Shown here piece by piece: positions 60,590 through 64,000 of a stretch of 64,000 nucleotides of DNA. Location: the NCBI GenBank assembly GCA_902790905.1, contig CADATO010000007.1, positions 3,734-67,733 on the forward strand. Reading direction: 5' to 3'. The position numbers were made by a program, and so were the translations under genes. Position 1 is the stretch's first letter, and every line of letters starts with the position of its first letter. Under the pieces are notes generated by a model. It made no database searches and was not told the origin of the DNA. It was given only the letters and a program-made list of their open reading frames with translations. The DNA is from an uncultured Eubacteriales bacterium (lineage in GTDB: Bacteria; Bacillota; Clostridia; Peptostreptococcales; Anaerovoracaceae).

Positions 60590-61282
60590 ATGCAGCAGAA
60601 CTATCAGACAGGGGCCGTCATTCTGGCGGCAGGCAAAGGCACCCGGATGGGCGGCGCGGTACCAAAACAGCATCGGCTGCTCCAAGGGGAACCCATGTAT
60701 ATGGCAAGTGTGCGGACCTTTGCGGCAGTGCCGGCGATCAGTGAGATCGTAGTAGTGGCAGACCGTGCGCACCTGCAGGAAGTAAGAGCGACGGTTGAAA
60801 AGGTCTTTGACGGGGATGTATCTTCTGAAAGACTGGCTGCCATCGTCGTAGAAGGCGGTGCAGAAAGACCGGACTCTGTCATGGCAGGCCTTACGGCTCT
60901 TGGCAGAGATATCCGCTACGCACTGGTGCATGACGGTGCCAGACCTTATGCAACAACTGACCTGATTGCGCGCGTTGCCGAGGCGGCAGCAAAGTTCGGC
61001 GCGGCAGTTCCCTGCATCCGGCCGCGCGATACCATCCGCACGGCGGAGAAGACGCTGGACCGTTCTGCGCTGTATCTGGTGCAGACCCCGCAGGGGTTCC
61101 GCAAGGATGTACTGATGTCCGCTTATGAGCAGGCCGCTCAGAACGGCTTCGCAGGGACGGACGATGCATCCTACGTGGAGCAGCTGGGAATCATTCCCCA
61201 TCTTGTGGAAGGGGAACCTGGCAACCTTAAGATTACCATCCCGGAAGATCTGCCGGAACAGGAGGCTGATAACGAATGCTGA
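60590..61282 (+). CDS. ispD: 2-C-methyl-D-erythritol 4-phosphate cytidylyltransferase
   Basis: 230 aa. [14 protein letters not shown]-terminus and VHDGARP motif. Confidence 0.9.
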   Translation: MQQNYQTGAVILAAGKGTRMGGAVPKQHRLLQGEPMYMASVRTFAAVPAISEIVVVADRAHLQEVRATVEKVFDGDVSSERLAAIVVEGGAERPDSVMAGLTALGRDIRYALVHDGARPYATTDLIARVAEAAAKFGAAVPCIRPRDTIRTAEKTLDRSALYLVQTPQGFRKDVLMSAYEQAAQNGFAGTDDASYVEQLGIIPHLVEGEPGNLKITIPEDLPEQEADNEC

Positions 61283-61806
61283 TCGGACCTGATACATTGC
61301 GGACTGGCATCGGCTATGATGTGCACCGCTTTGCAGAATCGCCGGACAAGGCGGCTGCAGATGGCAGCGCGGGAACGATCCGTCTCGGCGGGGTCGACGT
61401 GCCGTATCACAGGCAGCTGCTGGCGCATTCCGACGGAGATGTGCTGCTGCATGCCGTGATGGATGCGCTGCTCGGCGCTGCGGGGCTTGGCGATATCGGG
61501 GAGCGATTCCCTGACACGGACCCTGCCTATAAGGGTGCGGACAGCCTTGGGCTTCTGCGCGAAGTGGCGCGCATGCTCAAAGAGAAAGGCTATGCGGTCT
61601 GCAACATCGATGCGACGCTGATCGGCCAGGAACCGAAGATCGCCCCTTATAAAAAGGATATGGCGGCAGCCATTGCGGCGGCGGCCGGGATCCGTCCGGA
61701 GCAGGTCAACGTCAAAGGCACCACCACCGAAAAGCTGGGGTTCACCGGCCGGAAAGAGGGGCTGGCGGCAGAGGCTGTCTGCCTGCTCTTCAAAGAGACA
61801 GACTAA
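61276..61806 (+). CDS. ispF: 2-C-methyl-D-erythritol 2,4-cyclodiphosphate synthase
   Basis: 176 aa. GIGYDVHRF..., [20 protein letters not shown]. Confidence 0.9.
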   Translation: MLIGPDTLRTGIGYDVHRFAESPDKAAADGSAGTIRLGGVDVPYHRQLLAHSDGDVLLHAVMDALLGAAGLGDIGERFPDTDPAYKGADSLGLLREVARMLKEKGYAVCNIDATLIGQEPKIAPYKKDMAAAIAAAAGIRPEQVNVKGTTTEKLGFTGRKEGLAAEAVCLLFKETD

Positions 61807-61831
61807 TAAACAAGAGGAGAGAATACATATT

Positions 61832-63556
61832 ATGAGAATGTCGAAGATGCACTTCAAAACACTGCGTGAAGTACCGGCGGAGGCGGAGATCCCGAGCCAT
61901 ATCCTGCTGACGCGAGCGGGCATGATCCGCAAACTGGTCTCCGGGGTATACGGCTTCATGCCGCTCGGCTGGCGTACGCTCCGCAAGATCGAGCAGATCG
62001 TGCGCGAGGAGATGGACGCTGCCGGCTCGCAGGAGATCCTGATGTCGGCGCTGCAGCCGTCTGAACTGTGGGAGGAATCCGGCCGCTGGTATCAGTACGG
62101 ACCGGAGTTGTTCCGCCTGAAAGACCGTAACGACAGACAGTTCTGCCTGGGCCCAACGCACGAGGAAATCTTCACGGATATCGTCCGCTCGGATATCAGT
62201 TCCTGGCGTCAGCTGCCGCAGAACCTGTACCAGATCCAGCACAAGTACCGCGATGAAGCACGTCCGCGTTTCGGTCTGATGCGCAGCCGTGAGTTCATCA
62301 TGAAGGATGCGTATTCGTTCGATCTGGACGAGGCGGGACTGGATAAGAGCTACCAGGATATGTACGACGCGTACACGAAGGTCTTCACCCGCTGCGGGCT
62401 GACCTTCCGTCCGGTCGAGGCGGACAGCGGTGCGATCGGCGGCAGTAACTCGCACGAGTTCACGGCGCTCTCCGAAGTCGGTGAGAGCGAGATCGCGTAC
62501 TGCGAGAACTGCGACATGGCGGCGACCAGCGAGCGCGCAGCCTGCGTCGACGAAGTGCCCGCAGACGAAGAGATGCTGGCCATGGAAAAAGTCCACACGC
62601 CCGGCACCAAGACGATCGAGGAAGTGTGCGATTTCCTGAAGCTCCCCAAAGAGAAGTCCATCAAGGCGCTCCTCTTTGTAACCTATGATGAAAACTACGA
62701 GCAGAACGGCTACGTGGCGGCGTTCATCCGCGGCGACCGTGAGCTCAATATGACCAAGCTGATCAATGCGCTGGACATCCCGGAGCATGCGATCGAGTTC
62801 GCAGATGAGAAGGCGATGGGCGCTGTCACAGGCGCAGTCGGCGGGTTCACCGGTCCGGTCGGTCTGCACGACTGCACGATCGTCGTCGACAGCGAACTGC
62901 CGGCACATAAGAACATGTGCGCAGGCGCCTGTGAAGAGGACCACCATCTGATCAATGTCAACTACGGACGTGACTACGAAGGCGACATCGTCACGGATCT
63001 GAAGCTCCTCAAGGAAGGCGATCCGTGCCCCTGCTGCGGCAAGCCCGTCAAGTATGCGCGCGGCATCGAAGTCGGCCAGGTCTTCAAACTCGGCACCAAG
63101 TACTCCAAGGCGATGGGCGCGACTTACAAAGATGACAACCAGCAGGATCATGACATCGTCATGGGCTGCTACGGCATCGGCGTGACCCGCACCATGGCGG
63201 CGATCGTAGAGCAGCATCACGACGACAACGGCATCATCTGGCCGATGGCGGTGGCACCGTATCACGTCATCATCACGCTGGTCAAGCAGGACGATGAGGT
63301 GCAGGCGGGTGTCGCGGAATCGCTCTATCAGGAGCTCACCTCCAAGGGTGCGGAAGTCCTGCTCGACGACCGCAAAGAGCGCCCCGGCGTCAAGTTCAAG
63401 GATGCGGATCTGATCGGCATCCCGGTGCGCATCACCGTCGGCAGAGATGCGGCGGACGGCGTGGTCGAGTTCAAGGAACGCGCTAAGGAAGAAAACGAAA
63501 AGATCACTGCGGAAGAAGCGGCGGCCAAAGCGCTGGCGCTGATCGCAGCGAAGTAG
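61832..63556 (+). CDS. proS: Proline--tRNA ligase (bacterial type with an editing insertion)
   Basis: Starts MRMSKMHFKTLREVPAEAEIPSHILLTRAGMIRKL with GAGGAGAG upstream. Class II motifs (FRDEARPRFGLMRSREF). C-terminal anticodon-binding domain. Confidence 0.92.
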   Translation: MRMSKMHFKTLREVPAEAEIPSHILLTRAGMIRKLVSGVYGFMPLGWRTLRKIEQIVREEMDAAGSQEILMSALQPSELWEESGRWYQYGPELFRLKDRNDRQFCLGPTHEEIFTDIVRSDISSWRQLPQNLYQIQHKYRDEARPRFGLMRSREFIMKDAYSFDLDEAGLDKSYQDMYDAYTKVFTRCGLTFRPVEADSGAIGGSNSHEFTALSEVGESEIAYCENCDMAATSERAACVDEVPADEEMLAMEKVHTPGTKTIEEVCDFLKLPKEKSIKALLFVTYDENYEQNGYVAAFIRGDRELNMTKLINALDIPEHAIEFADEKAMGAVTGAVGGFTGPVGLHDCTIVVDSELPAHKNMCAGACEEDHHLINVNYGRDYEGDIVTDLKLLKEGDPCPCCGKPVKYARGIEVGQVFKLGTKYSKAMGATYKDDNQQDHDIVMGCYGIGVTRTMAAIVEQHHDDNGIIWPMAVAPYHVIITLVKQDDEVQAGVAESLYQELTSKGAEVLLDDRKERPGVKFKDADLIGIPVRITVGRDAADGVVEFKERAKEENEKITAEEAAAKALALIAAK

Positions 63557-63584
63557 GTTTATACCGGAGCATCCAAGCAACGGC

Positions 63585-64000
63585 ATGAAACAGGATCTGC
63601 AGCAACAGCAGAATTATGAAATGAACAAGCAGCAGGAGGGCCGTGCATCACGCGGGGCCCTCTTGTGGCAGTTGTTTGCGTCCTTTTTCAAGATCGGTCT
63701 GTTCACGATCGGCGGGGGCCTTGCGATGATCCCGCTGCTCGAGCGGATCGCGGTCAAAGAGAAAAAGTGGTTTGATGAAGAGGAAATGATGGACTGCCTG
63801 GCGCTGAGCCAGTCGCTGCCCGGCGTCGTAGCGGTCAATATGGCCACGTATACCGGCAAGCGCAAAGGCGGCTTTGCGGGGGCGCTGGCGGCGACGCTCG
63901 GGGTCATCCTGCCTTCCTTCCTCATTATTATCCTGATCGCGAACATCCTGCTGCACGTGGGAGACAATCCGTACGTGACCGGGGCGTTCACCGGGATCAA
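63585..64000 (+). CDS. Chromate transporter (ChrA/CHR) family protein, 3'-truncated by the window end
   Basis: My own translation of the + frame from the ATG at 63585: ..LWQLFASFFKIGLFTIGGGLAMIPLLERIAVKEKKWFDEEEMMDCLALSQSLPGVVAVNMATY.. is the CHR signature. It is absent from the ORF track because no stop lies inside the window. Confidence 0.75.
   Translation, partial: MKQDLQQQQNYEMNKQQEGRASRGALLWQLFASFFKIGLFTIGGGLAMIPLLERIAVKEKKWFDEEEMMDCLALSQSLPGVVAVNMATYTGKRKGGFAGALAATLGVILPSFLIIILIANILLHVGDNPYVTGAFTGI

Noticed and set aside
63614-64000. A 128-aa minus-strand ORF at the right window edge.
   Set aside because: The + strand from 63585 encodes an obvious chromate-transporter N-terminus. The minus ORF is its antisense shadow.

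Overview
This is a 64-kb chromosomal window from a high-GC Firmicute. It looks Clostridia-like: the gene order is radA, carD, PIN/TRAM, ispD, ispF, proS, and it carries DUF1292 proteins, a GH25 lysozyme and choline-type cell-wall-binding repeats. Most of the window is housekeeping. It contains nadE, rdgB, serA, two tandem D-Ala-D-Ala carboxypeptidases, uvrC, ilvE, radA, an OmpR/HK pair, carD, ispDF and proS, plus tRNA-Ser(GGA) next to an edge-truncated integrase and tRNA-Leu(CAG). The stand-out region is 21.6-48.1 kb. It holds two near-duplicate promoter, cobalamin-riboswitch and terminator cassettes. Neither cassette sits in front of a classical B12 gene. The first precedes a 1977-aa secreted protein anchored by wall-binding repeats. 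The second precedes an 860-aa secreted protein that shares a ~265-aa module with the first and ends in only the N-lobe of a BtuF/FecB-type binding protein. The second unit continues without any recognisable terminator into a BtuFCD-type importer with two paralogous lipoprotein binding proteins, cbiK, and eleven further anaerobic cobalamin-synthesis genes (cbiD F G H J ET A B, cobD, cbiP, cbiC). I interpret this as a riboswitch-gated cell-surface corrinoid-capture system of a Gram-positive bacterium. To my knowledge such a system has not been described. This rests on sequence patterns and context only; no searches or folds could be run. A second recurring signal is an 8-12-nt word, GCGATTCC(GC) or its complement, that sits directly after several stop codons, sometimes as inverted pairs. 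All homology calls come from motif and pattern recognition by eye on the supplied translations.
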